A stretch of DNA of 46,745 nt. Origin: a virus. Its lineage: Duplodnaviria; Caudoviricetes. A program made the position numbers and the translations under genes. Under the pieces are notes generated by a model, which was not told the DNA's origin, made no database searches, and was given only the letters and a program-made list of their open reading frames with translations. The stretch is from the IMG/VR virus record IMGVR_UViG_3300031716_000017, positions 1 through 46,745 of that record. One strand, 5' to 3'. Shown here one piece after another: positions 34,623 through 43,817 of this stretch; the first letter of the stretch is position 1; each line of letters opens with the position of its first letter.

Positions 34623-35477
34623 ATGAGCGCCTTTTTTGGACTCGGTTCGGCCCCCACGTTCGAACGTGGAACGTTTTTCAATGCGGGGTCCCGACACGAT
34701 GTCATGATCAGTCGGTGCATCCTGAAATCGTCCCAGTCTTCGGGGGACGGTCTGATCGTGGAAGTGGACATCCTGACCAGTGCGCCCACGGGCGAGCTTC
34801 ATCCGGACACGCATCAACCCTTCGTTCCTTTGCCCGCGGGGACCGACGGGACTTGGTGGCAGGGTCTGACGGACAAGAACGTCGCCCTTCCCGCGATCAA
34901 GTCCTTCGTGTTCGCGGTCCTGAACCTGGGTCTCCTGGATCCGCGCCGCACCTGGCTGGAACAGCCCGTCCCCGGGTCGGAACACTGGCGATGCAACAAG
35001 ACTCGCCGGCCCATGGCCCTGATCGAATCGCTCATGATCTGGGCCACGGAAGAACCCAACATCTTCCAGGGGCTGTTCCTTCACCTGGACACCAAGTTCA
35101 CGAAGACGAAAAAGGGCGGGCCGTTCACGATCCACAACTGGCATCCCCAGCCCCAGGCCCTGATTCAGCCGGCCCAGGTGGACCAGTTCCTGAGCCAGGC
35201 GCGGACCGAACCGAGGATCGCGGAACCGCCGGCCCAGTCCCCCGTCCCGACCTGGGGCCAGGGTCCGAGCCAATCCACCTGGGGACCGCCGGCCGCGCCC
35301 CAGGCCCCGCCCCAAGCGCCGCCGGGCTGGAGCCCGCCCCCGACCCAGGCCCCGCCGTGGGGTCAGCCGCCGCCCGTCCAGGCTCCGCCCTGGGGTCAGC
35401 CGCCCCCGTCCTGGACCCCGCCGCCCGGGGCCCCGAGCGCGCCCCCGTCCCCGTCCCCGCCCTGGGCCCGCCGCTGA
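34623..35477 (+). CDS. Putative single-stranded DNA-binding protein with PPWGQ-repeat tail
   Basis: Between helicase and polymerase; TKKGGPFTIHNW end of folded domain; ends PPWARR. Confidence 0.5.
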   Translation: MSAFFGLGSAPTFERGTFFNAGSRHDVMISRCILKSSQSSGDGLIVEVDILTSAPTGELHPDTHQPFVPLPAGTDGTWWQGLTDKNVALPAIKSFVFAVLNLGLLDPRRTWLEQPVPGSEHWRCNKTRRPMALIESLMIWATEEPNIFQGLFLHLDTKFTKTKKGGPFTIHNWHPQPQALIQPAQVDQFLSQARTEPRIAEPPAQSPVPTWGQGPSQSTWGPPAAPQAPPQAPPGWSPPPTQAPPWGQPPPVQAPPWGQPPPSWTPPPGAPSAPPSPSPPWARR

Positions 35478-35489
35478 TTTCTGGCCACC

Positions 35490-37466
35490 ATGATCCCCCT
35501 GTCCCTGGATACTGAAACGGCGCTGATTCGGCCCGGGGTTCAAATCCCCGAACTGGCTTGCGTCGCGATTCAGTCCCGGGGGCTGGGGGTTCGTGAACTG
35601 TTGCACTGGACCGAATGCCGCCAGGCCGTGGAATGGGTCCTGACCCAGCCGGACGTCCTGATCTTCGGCCATACGATCGCCTATGATATGGCGGTTTTTG
35701 CGGCGCATTTTCCCGACCTTCTTCCGCTTATTTTCGCCGCTTACAACGCGAATCGGATCACTTGTACGGAAGTTCGCGCCAAGCTTCTGGACATCGCCAC
35801 GGGTCAACGGAAGTTCTACACGGACGAAGACGAAGGGGCCAAAAAGTCCGGTTACAGTTTGGAACTTCTGGCGGAACGGTTCCTGAACCGGACGCTGGAT
35901 AAGAACACCTGGCGTCTTAAATATGGCGAGCTTCGGAACTTCCCGATCGCCCTGTGGCCCGCCGGGGCGCGGAAATACCCCCTGGACGATACCGGGGCCA
36001 CGGAAGACTTATTCTGGATCCAGGAACAATCCGCTGATCTTCTCGTGGACCAGTTCCGCCAGGCCAGGGCCGCGTTTTGGATCAAGCTTATGGCCGCCTG
36101 GGGACTTCGGACAGACGTCCAGGGAGTCCGAGCGCTGGCCGAGCGAACCCGCCAGGAATACGAATCGATCGCCAAGGATCTTCGAACGGCCGGATTGCTT
36201 TGGGGCGTCCGGCCGAAAGGGGCCAAGAACTGGGGGAAGGCGGGTTCAAGAAACGTCAAGGCCGTTCGTGAACGGGTCCGGACCGCTTACGCGCGAATGG
36301 GCAAGAGCCCGCCCCAAACTAAAGGCGGGGACACATGCGCCGACGGCCAAACTTGCGAAGACTCGGGGGACGATGTTCTGATCAAATACTCGCAATATGC
36401 GAGCCTGGGGAAAGTCCTGTCAACGGATATCCCCTTGTTGGAAGGTGGACTGACTTGTCCGATTCATTCCAAGTTCGATTCCTGTAAGGACTCTGGTCGA
36501 ACCGGGTCCAGTCACCCAAACGTCCAGAACCAGTCCCGCAAGGGTGGGGTTCGGGAATGCTTCGTCCCCAGGTGTCTAACCTGTGGGCGGGTTCATACCT
36601 CGGAAGACGTAGTTAGAGCGCACTGTCTATGTTGCGGCCAGCCGCCCACGGTCTTTATTTCGTGCGACTACTCCGGGGCCGAACTGTGCGCGCACGGTCA
36701 AGTGAACTTGACCCTGATCGGTTGGTCCGCCCTGGCTGACGCAATGAACGCGGGCCAGGATCCGCACCTCATGATCGCGGCCCAGATCCTGGGACGACTA
36801 TATCCGGACGTAAAAGCGGAATACGATCAGGATCCCCGTCCAGCGAACTGGGACAAACTGGACGAGCTTAGGCAACTGGGTAAGATCGCTAATTTCGGGT
36901 TCCAGGGCGGTCTAGGTGCAAAGGGCCTGGTTGCATTCGCCCTGTCAATGTTCGGGATCCGGCTGACGGAAGAACAGGCCGCAAGCTTAAAAAAGACCTG
37001 GCTTGCCACTTGGCCGGAAATGGCCGACTACTTCCGGATGATCAACCGAGCCGTGAATCAGAACCGGCCCCAGGTCACGCAACTGTTTTCGGGCCGCGTC
37101 CGCGGGTTCAGCGGCCTTCGTGCGTACACGGAAGCCTGTAATACGATGTTCCAGGGCCTGGCGGCCGATATGGCTAAGGCCGCCGGTTGGTATATTATCC
37201 AGGCGTGCTTTGACCCGTCTTCGCCCCTGTATGGTTGCCGAATCGTGAACTTCGTTCATGATGAATTCATCCTGGAAGCGCCGGAAGACCGGGCGCATGA
37301 AGCGGCCCTGGAACTGTCCAGGCTCATGATCAAGGCGGCCGGGGAATGGCTGCCCCAGGTGCGGATCGCGGCCAAACCCCAGGTAATGCGCCGCTGGTCC
37401 AAGAAAGCGAAACCCGTCTGGAAGAACGGCCGGCTGGTCCCATGGGACCTGAAAGTGGCGGCCTGA
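35490..37466 (+). CDS. Family A DNA polymerase with 3'-5' exonuclease
   Basis: LDTET; SGRTGSS.PNVQN; DYSGAEL; RQLGKIANFG; N..FQGLAAD; VHDEFI. Confidence 0.93.
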   Translation: MIPLSLDTETALIRPGVQIPELACVAIQSRGLGVRELLHWTECRQAVEWVLTQPDVLIFGHTIAYDMAVFAAHFPDLLPLIFAAYNANRITCTEVRAKLLDIATGQRKFYTDEDEGAKKSGYSLELLAERFLNRTLDKNTWRLKYGELRNFPIALWPAGARKYPLDDTGATEDLFWIQEQSADLLVDQFRQARAAFWIKLMAAWGLRTDVQGVRALAERTRQEYESIAKDLRTAGLLWGVRPKGAKNWGKAGSRNVKAVRERVRTAYARMGKSPPQTKGGDTCADGQTCEDSGDDVLIKYSQYASLGKVLSTDIPLLEGGLTCPIHSKFDSCKDSGRTGSSHPNVQNQSRKGGVRECFVPRCLTCGRVHTSEDVVRAHCLCCGQPPTVFISCDYSGAELCAHGQVNLTLIGWSALADAMNAGQDPHLMIAAQILGRLYPDVKAEYDQDPRPANWDKLDELRQLGKIANFGFQGGLGAKGLVAFALSMFGIRLTEEQAASLKKTWLATWPEMADYFRMINRAVNQNRPQVTQLFSGRVRGFSGLRAYTEACNTMFQGLAADMAKAAGWYIIQACFDPSSPLYGCRIVNFVHDEFILEAPEDRAHEAALELSRLMIKAAGEWLPQVRIAAKPQVMRRWSKKAKPVWKNGRLVPWDLKVAA

Positions 37467-37467
37467 C

Positions 37468-37932
37468 ATGAGCCTGATCACAACCTTCGATTCCGGGGAG
37501 TTTACAGGTTGGGCCCAGGGCCGGAACGGTCGCCTGTTGGCCGCTGGTCTGGTTCACGTCTTTCCGCATAAACCCATGGGACAACTTCCCATGGCCCAGG
37601 GCGGGATCGTGACCATTGAAAAACCCGTCCACCGTCGCAACGGCCGAACGGTGGACCCGAACAAGATGATCACCTTGGGGATCAAAGTCGGGCGCTTGGT
37701 AGAAACTTATCTGGTCCTGGGCAACGAAGTGGACGTGATCGTCCCCAGTGATTGGAAGGGCGGAACGCCGAAAGAGATTCAGAACAAGCGCGATCAAGGT
37801 GCGATGACACCGGAGGAAATGACCATCGTGGGGCCGGTGATCAACGCGGTAGCAGAGTCCTACCGAAATAATGTCTGGGATGCGATCGGGATCTTCTTCT
37901 GGACCGCCCGACGGCAGAAAGAACGAACATGA
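37468..37932 (+). CDS. RuvC-like Holliday junction resolvase
   Basis: FDSG..TGWA, IEKP, PSDWK, DAIGI acidic pattern. Confidence 0.7.
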   Translation: MSLITTFDSGEFTGWAQGRNGRLLAAGLVHVFPHKPMGQLPMAQGGIVTIEKPVHRRNGRTVDPNKMITLGIKVGRLVETYLVLGNEVDVIVPSDWKGGTPKEIQNKRDQGAMTPEEMTIVGPVINAVAESYRNNVWDAIGIFFWTARRQKERT

Positions 37933-38198
37933 AACTGGAAGCATGGGTCAAGGAACGGACCGCGACCACGGGAACCAGCAAGCGCGCGGTCCTGGAAGAC
38001 CTGGCGGAACGGGCCGGCGTTGCCTACATCACGCTGGAGCCGATCGCCCGTGGAGCCCGTATGGGCAACTACGGGAAGGCCTTGTCCGTGTCCGAAGCCA
38101 CGGGCTGGAAGGTCAGCGTCCTGGACCTGTGCGACCCTGACCCCGAGCGGACCGCCGCTCACATCATCGCCCAGTATCAGCCCCAGGTTCAGCCGTGA
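37929..38198 (+). CDS. Cro-like HTH protein
   Basis: LAERAGVAYITL..IARG...A..VSEATG.KVSVLDL. Confidence 0.65.
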   Translation: MKLEAWVKERTATTGTSKRAVLEDLAERAGVAYITLEPIARGARMGNYGKALSVSEATGWKVSVLDLCDPDPERTAAHIIAQYQPQVQP

Positions 38199-38482
38199 AC
38201 CCGCGCGCGGTAAGGGATGAAAAGGGGAGGGCGGTTCTGGCCCAGGCCCCGAGTGGATCGGGTCTCTGGACGTTCCGGACCAGACCTGTGAAAGATGAAG
38301 GCTCATCCAACCTGGTTGGGCGGACCGGGGAAATCATCACTAGAACGGTTCATACTGTGATCCTAGAATCAACCCGCGAAACCGCTGTGGAAGATCGCTT
38401 GTTCGTGGACGCCCGGAAACGGGCGGCTCAGATTCTGGAAGTGGACCCACTGGAACTGGAACTGATCAAATGTCCGACCTGA
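38195..38482 (+). CDS. Hypothetical protein
   Basis: GTGA overlap; operon packing. Confidence 0.55.
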   Translation: MNPRAVRDEKGRAVLAQAPSGSGLWTFRTRPVKDEGSSNLVGRTGEIITRTVHTVILESTRETAVEDRLFVDARKRAAQILEVDPLELELIKCPT

Positions 38483-39036
38483 CTAAGATTCGAAGCGAGA
38501 TCGACCCCGAGCAGGTGGCCGTGGATCAGGCGCTGATCAAGCTTCGGGTGCTGGTCATCGGGGACGAAACTACCCTGACCTGGGCCGGGGACCTTCTGAA
38601 ACAGGCAAAGATCCGGGTCAAGGAACTGGAAGACAAGCGGAAGGAAGTGACGCGGCCGATCCTGGCGGCAAAAGCGGCCGTGGATTCGATGTTCAAGCCC
38701 TTGACCGAACGTTACGGCCAGGCGGAAGCGATCTTGAAGGGGAAGATCGCCGAATACATGCGGGCCCAGGAAGAAGAACGCCGCCGGATGATGCTCGAAA
38801 GCGCGGCCGAACACGCCGCTGGGGGGACACCTACCGCGATCATTCCGGAACCCGCTCAGGTTCAGGGCGTGACCATGCGAAAGGTCTGGACGTTCGAAAT
38901 CGTGGACCAGAACCTGATTCCCCGGGAGTTGTGCTCCCCCGACACCACGAAAATTCGGGCGGCGGTTCACCTCGGGGCGAGAGATATTCCCGGGGTTCGG
39001 ATCTTTGAAACGGATAACATGGCGGTAAGGACATGA
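38470..39036 (+). CDS. Conserved phage coiled-coil protein
   Basis: LEDKRKEVTRP...FKP; RKVWTFEIVD...IPRE; IPGVRIFE. Confidence 0.7.
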   Translation: MSDLTKIRSEIDPEQVAVDQALIKLRVLVIGDETTLTWAGDLLKQAKIRVKELEDKRKEVTRPILAAKAAVDSMFKPLTERYGQAEAILKGKIAEYMRAQEEERRRMMLESAAEHAAGGTPTAIIPEPAQVQGVTMRKVWTFEIVDQNLIPRELCSPDTTKIRAAVHLGARDIPGVRIFETDNMAVRT

Positions 39037-39614
39037 CCCGCGCCGTTCAACTGTCCGCGGAATCTGTCGAGCATTACGGTCCGGATTACCTCGCCCCTAT
39101 GATTCGGGACGTCTTCGGTGGACCCATCGATCTGGACCCTGCTTCATGTCCCCAGGCCAATCAACTGATCGGGGCCACTTGGTATTATTCGAACCGCGGT
39201 TTGGAAAAACGCTGGTTCGGAAGTATGTACGTCAATCCGCCAGGCGGCCGGATTCGCTATCCGACCAAGTTTCACAATCAGGCGGCGGTCTGGTATGCGA
39301 CGCTTGCACATAGGTTCGCCCAGGGTCAGGTCGCCCAGGCCGTGTTCATGGTCTTTAACCTGGAACTGATCCGATACGCCCAGGGCTGGAAGGTCAGACA
39401 ACCGTTCGAATTCCCCTATTGCGCTCCGAAAGAACGGATCGATTTCTGGAAACCTGGTCCCCAAGGACGTCCAGTTCCCCAGGGCGCGCCAGGCCATCCG
39501 AACGCGATCATTTACATGGGCCCGAACGTGGACAGGTTCGCCGAAGTGTTCCGCGCCGCTAGACCCGGGACGGACTGGGCTGGGGGGTATTGCTACAACA
39601 TTCCACCGTTTTAG
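39033..39614 (+). CDS. Phage DNA N6-adenine methyltransferase-like protein
   Basis: IDLDPASC..AN, GL...WFG, YVNPPG (NPPY variant), RIDF. Confidence 0.75.
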   Translation: MTRAVQLSAESVEHYGPDYLAPMIRDVFGGPIDLDPASCPQANQLIGATWYYSNRGLEKRWFGSMYVNPPGGRIRYPTKFHNQAAVWYATLAHRFAQGQVAQAVFMVFNLELIRYAQGWKVRQPFEFPYCAPKERIDFWKPGPQGRPVPQGAPGHPNAIIYMGPNVDRFAEVFRAARPGTDWAGGYCYNIPPF

Positions 39615-39624
39615 AGGTGCAACC

Positions 39625-40026
39625 GTGCGCGATTGTAAATGCGTCTGGAAACGCAACCGGCGGTTTCTGATCTGCTCTCAGTGTCAACCGCTGGTGATCA
39701 TTGAATCCCCTTTCGCTGGGGACCAGGCCATGAACGTGGCCTATGCTCGGGAATGCCTGGCCGATTCCCTGGCCAGGGGGGAGGCACCGTTCGCCAGTCA
39801 CCTGCTCTACCCCCAGGTCCTGGACGATAACGTCCCCGCTCGTCGGAAACAGGGAATTGAAGCCGGCCTGGCCTGGGGTCATACCGCTGACCTGACCGCG
39901 ATTTACACGGACCTGGGGATCTCCGAAGGAATGAAACTGGGGATCGAACGCGCCCAGAAAGAGGGGCGGCGCATTGTTTATCGCCAGATTCGGGCCGAAA
40001 ATCCGCCGCACTACTCGGATCGTTAG
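39625..40026 (+). CDS. DUF4406/DUF7768-type nucleoside deoxyribosyltransferase-fold protein
   Basis: IIESPFAGD, EAPFASHLLYPQVLDD, GISEGM..GI..A. Confidence 0.7.
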   Translation: MRDCKCVWKRNRRFLICSQCQPLVIIESPFAGDQAMNVAYARECLADSLARGEAPFASHLLYPQVLDDNVPARRKQGIEAGLAWGHTADLTAIYTDLGISEGMKLGIERAQKEGRRIVYRQIRAENPPHYSDR

Positions 40027-41594
40027 TGGATCTGTTCAGTCTCGAAGCGCGGATCGCAACGGACCGGGCCATCGTCAGCCAAGGGACGTTTTTCGATTTT
40101 TTCCAGATGGCCTGGCCGCAAATCGATCCCGCGCCACTGGTCCTGAATTGGCACCTGGAAGAGAAGTGTAGTCACCTGGAAGCCGTGTCCAGGGGCGAGA
40201 TCCGACGGCTGGTCATTAACGAACCGCCGGGGTCAGGCAAATCGAACACGGTAAACATTCTGTGGAACGCTTGGGAATGGGTCCACCGTCCTGAAACGAA
40301 GTTTCTTTTCGCTAGTTTCGACGTTTCCCTAGTCGGGACCCGGGACGGCGGGAAGCTGATCCGCCTTCTGTCCAGTGACTGGTTCCGGTTGCGCTGGGGA
40401 AACTTGCTCTTCCCCGGTAAACCAGCCGCTTCGATGTTCGAAACCGTGGCCGGCGGGTTCCGGTTCTCGACCAGTCCAGGGGGCCGCGGAACAGGTCGAC
40501 ACGGGGACATTCGCGTGATCGACGACCCGATCAAGCCCCGGGACGCGGCCGGCGGGGCGACCATGACCAAAAACGCCCTGGAATCCGTTTCGAAATGGTG
40601 CGCCGACACCTGGGCCAGCCGCGCCACTGACCGGACGTCGGTTCGTGACGTCCTGATCATGCAACGGCTAAACACGGACGACCTGGCCGGGGAATGGCTC
40701 CGCGCTGGGAACTGTGTCCACCTCCGGTTCCCTATGCTTTACGACCCAGACCGGCCCTGTAAAACGGCCTGGGGCGGGGACCGAAGAACCCAGAAAGACG
40801 AGCTTCTTTTCCCGAAACGATTCCCACTGGAAGAAGTTCTGGACATGCGGGACGGGACATCCCCTCTTTCAATGGGCCCGGATGTATTTGCGGCCCAGTG
40901 CCAACAGGAACCAGTCCAGAAGGGCGGCGGAATCTTCCGGGAAGAATGGTGGCGCTTCTGGGATTACCAAGAGGGGATTCCCGAGCCTTGTCTATGCAAT
41001 AAATGCCGGCCGCTGAAACGGACGATCCCCGGCTGTCCAGACGCCCCGTCTAGGACTTGCCGCGTTCTTCCACGTCAAAACGTCCTTGACCTTCAATCGT
41101 GGGATTGCGCGTTCAAGGACACGAAGACATCTGATTTCGTGGCCGGCGGCCTGATTCGGGTCGGGGAAGGGGCCGTGTTCTTGGTCGAGTGTCGGAACGA
41201 ACGCTTGTCCTTTACTCATACGGTGGAAGCGATCCGGGTCATGTCTCAGGCCAATCCACAGGCGTATGACAAGCTGGTCGAAGACAAGGCGAACGGGGCC
41301 GCGATCGAAGACACACTGAAAGCCGAAATCCCCGGGATCACGCTCGTAAACCCAGAAGGCGGGAAAATCGCCAGAGCGAACGCCGGATCGATCTACATGA
41401 GCGGCGGCCGATTCTATCTCCCCCATCCCAGAATCGCGCCCTGGGTCTGGGCGTTCATGTATCAACATGAGAACTTCCCCAGGACCGTGAACGATGACAT
41501 GGTGGACATGGTATCCCAGGTTCTGGTAAGATTGAAAAAGCACGGCGAAGACTTCTCCAAAGCCATGGCCAAACTACGGGGCGAAGCAGCATGA
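40026..41594 (+). CDS. terL: Terminase large subunit
   Basis: NWH, INEPPGSGKS, IDDPIKP, IMQRL...DL, QSWDCAFK, VEDKANG, FP...NDDMVD. Confidence 0.95.
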   Translation: MDLFSLEARIATDRAIVSQGTFFDFFQMAWPQIDPAPLVLNWHLEEKCSHLEAVSRGEIRRLVINEPPGSGKSNTVNILWNAWEWVHRPETKFLFASFDVSLVGTRDGGKLIRLLSSDWFRLRWGNLLFPGKPAASMFETVAGGFRFSTSPGGRGTGRHGDIRVIDDPIKPRDAAGGATMTKNALESVSKWCADTWASRATDRTSVRDVLIMQRLNTDDLAGEWLRAGNCVHLRFPMLYDPDRPCKTAWGGDRRTQKDELLFPKRFPLEEVLDMRDGTSPLSMGPDVFAAQCQQEPVQKGGGIFREEWWRFWDYQEGIPEPCLCNKCRPLKRTIPGCPDAPSRTCRVLPRQNVLDLQSWDCAFKDTKTSDFVAGGLIRVGEGAVFLVECRNERLSFTHTVEAIRVMSQANPQAYDKLVEDKANGAAIEDTLKAEIPGITLVNPEGGKIARANAGSIYMSGGRFYLPHPRIAPWVWAFMYQHENFPRTVNDDMVDMVSQVLVRLKKHGEDFSKAMAKLRGEAA

Positions 41595-43021
41595 GCGGAA
41601 CGATCTGGGAACGAACCCTGGGACTGGTCGGAAGCGCCCTGCGATCGGATTCGTGGGAGAATTTTTGGACGGGTTTTGGAACCAGACGTGACAAGACCCA
41701 GGGCGGCGCGTTCAACCCGAACGCGCGTTTGACGGACGTTGAACTGACGCACCTGTATCACCATGATGATATCGCGGGGCGGATCGTGGACCTGGTTCCG
41801 CGGGAAATGCTTCGTCAGGGCTTCGGGATCACTTGCAAGGACCCGGAAGCGGCCCAGGTCGTAGCTGCGAAGATCAAGACCCTGGATACCGTCAATCACG
41901 TCAAAAGAGCCGCAATCTGGGGCCGACTGTTTGGCGGGGCGCTGGTCATGCTCGGGGCGGACGATGGTCAGGACGCCCGTCTTCCGCTGGACGAATCCAG
42001 GATTCGATCGTTCACCTTTCTACAGGTGTATGACCGCCGCCGGGCCCAGCCGGACACCTGGTACGAAGCGGCCACGGATCGGAAGTTCGGCCAGCCCCAG
42101 GTCTACCGCCTCACGAACTACAGGACCGGCGGCGTTTCCTATGTCCACGAATCACGCCTGATCCGGTTTGGTGGGGCCATTACCGGGGATTATGAACAGT
42201 GGCAAAACGTGGGCTGGGACTACTCCGTCCTTCAAAAGCCCTACGAAGCGATCCGCGCCTTCCAATCCGTCTACCGGGCGGCCGAGATCATGATGGCGGA
42301 CGCGTCCCAGGGCGTGTTCAAGATGCGCGGTCTTCTTTCGATGATCGCGGCCGGGAAATTGAAAGACCTTCAAACCAGGGCCCTGTTCCTGGACGAATGT
42401 CGGTCCGTGGCCAGGGCCGTGTTCCTGGACGCCGAAGGCGGGGAATCGTTTGATAAGGTCCAGACCACGTTCGCGGGCGTGGCCGAAATGCTGGATCGGG
42501 AAGCCAACCGCCTCGCGGCGGCTACGGAAATCCCGGTTACCAAGCTTATGGGCCAGGCCCCGGCCGGTTTGAACGCCACTGGGGCAAACGACGTTCGGGG
42601 CTGGTATGACACGGTTCAGGCGGACCGCAAAACCGAACTGGAACCGCGCCTGGAACGAATCGTCCGCCTGGTTTCGATCGCGGAACGGGTCGGGGATCGC
42701 CAGTTCGGGGTTTCGTTCCTTCCCCTGTGGCAGGAGACCCCCAAGGAACGAGCGGACCGTTTGAAGGTGGAAGCTGACACGGCCAAGGTCTGGATCGATG
42801 GGGAAGTTTTGTCCCCCGAAGAAGTGGCCATCGCCCAATTCAGTGGCCCCGAACCCCAGCCCTATCGGATCGATCCGAAGACTAGGATCCAGAACCAAAC
42901 ACTGGGCCCGAATGACGTCCCTGGGGCGACCCGTCCGACCCCGAACCAGGGTCCTGGGATTCAAGGACAGGGACAAGACAGCCGCTATATCCAGGGACAC
43001 GGTGAAACGCCGTCGCCCTAG
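41591..43021 (+). CDS. Portal protein (DUF1073-like)
   Basis: RIVD..P..M.R.G, RLFGGA, VHESRLI.F.G, IPVTKLMGQAPAGLNATG..D...WYD; follows terL. Confidence 0.9.
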   Translation: MSGTIWERTLGLVGSALRSDSWENFWTGFGTRRDKTQGGAFNPNARLTDVELTHLYHHDDIAGRIVDLVPREMLRQGFGITCKDPEAAQVVAAKIKTLDTVNHVKRAAIWGRLFGGALVMLGADDGQDARLPLDESRIRSFTFLQVYDRRRAQPDTWYEAATDRKFGQPQVYRLTNYRTGGVSYVHESRLIRFGGAITGDYEQWQNVGWDYSVLQKPYEAIRAFQSVYRAAEIMMADASQGVFKMRGLLSMIAAGKLKDLQTRALFLDECRSVARAVFLDAEGGESFDKVQTTFAGVAEMLDREANRLAAATEIPVTKLMGQAPAGLNATGANDVRGWYDTVQADRKTELEPRLERIVRLVSIAERVGDRQFGVSFLPLWQETPKERADRLKVEADTAKVWIDGEVLSPEEVAIAQFSGPEPQPYRIDPKTRIQNQTLGPNDVPGATRPTPNQGPGIQGQGQDSRYIQGHGETPSP

Positions 43022-43805
43022 TTCGCAAAAACGCCGGTCCAGCGGAATCAAACCACCGCTGGGGGTCGCGTTGTCGTATGCCGCCGCAATCCGGGGCTGG
43101 CTGGAAGACCTTCAAGCCTACATCCTGAAAACGGTCCTGGACGGCTGGGAATCAAACAGGGTCGCGTTCCCGGGGACCGTTCCCAGGACTGACGCGTCCG
43201 ATTTCGTCGGGACCAAGATCGGGGGAATCAATCTTTACCTGGAAGAACGCCTGGACCCGTCCAAGCTGACCCCAGAGATCGCCAAGTTTGCAAAACGGGT
43301 CGCGACCAAGAACGGGGAAGAAGTCCGGCGGCTGATCGGGATCTCGGCCGGTGACATCGGACTGAAAACGACGCTGGACGGGTTCCAGGACCGGAACGTG
43401 GGTCTGATCAAGACCCTGGCCGGGAAACAGATCGACGACATCCGAACCCTTCTGGAACAAGGGGAAATCGGGGCCTGGCGGGTCGAAGAACTTTCACAGA
43501 AGATCAAGGATAGTTTCGGGGTCAACCAGTCCCGGGCCGATCTACTCGCCAGGGACCAAACGCTGAAACTGAATGGGGACCTGACCAAGGTTAGGCAACA
43601 GAACGCGGGGATCACAAAATACATCTGGACCGCGGTCGGGGACGATCGGACCCGACCCATGCACGCTGAACTGGATGGCACGATTCAGCAATGGGCGGTT
43701 CCGCCGCAAATCTCCCCAGACGGGCGAACGGGCCATCCTGGGGAAGACTATCAATGTAGGTGTACCGCCTTTCCGGTCCTGGACGAACTGGAAGAACCCG
43801 GCTAG
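43002..43805 (+). CDS. Minor head morphogenesis protein (Mu F-like)
   Basis: RA.LLARDQT.KLN, YIW...GD.RTRP.H, HPGEDYQCRC; GTG 43002 start inferred. Confidence 0.85.
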   Translation: MKRRRPSSQKRRSSGIKPPLGVALSYAAAIRGWLEDLQAYILKTVLDGWESNRVAFPGTVPRTDASDFVGTKIGGINLYLEERLDPSKLTPEIAKFAKRVATKNGEEVRRLIGISAGDIGLKTTLDGFQDRNVGLIKTLAGKQIDDIRTLLEQGEIGAWRVEELSQKIKDSFGVNQSRADLLARDQTLKLNGDLTKVRQQNAGITKYIWTAVGDDRTRPMHAELDGTIQQWAVPPQISPDGRTGHPGEDYQCRCTAFPVLDELEEPG

Positions 43806-43817
43806 GCTCTAGGGCCT

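Noticed and set aside
41591-43021. Anti-CBASS Acb1 label often attached to this family
   Set aside because: Position and motifs are those of a portal; no HxT phosphoesterase extension is visible
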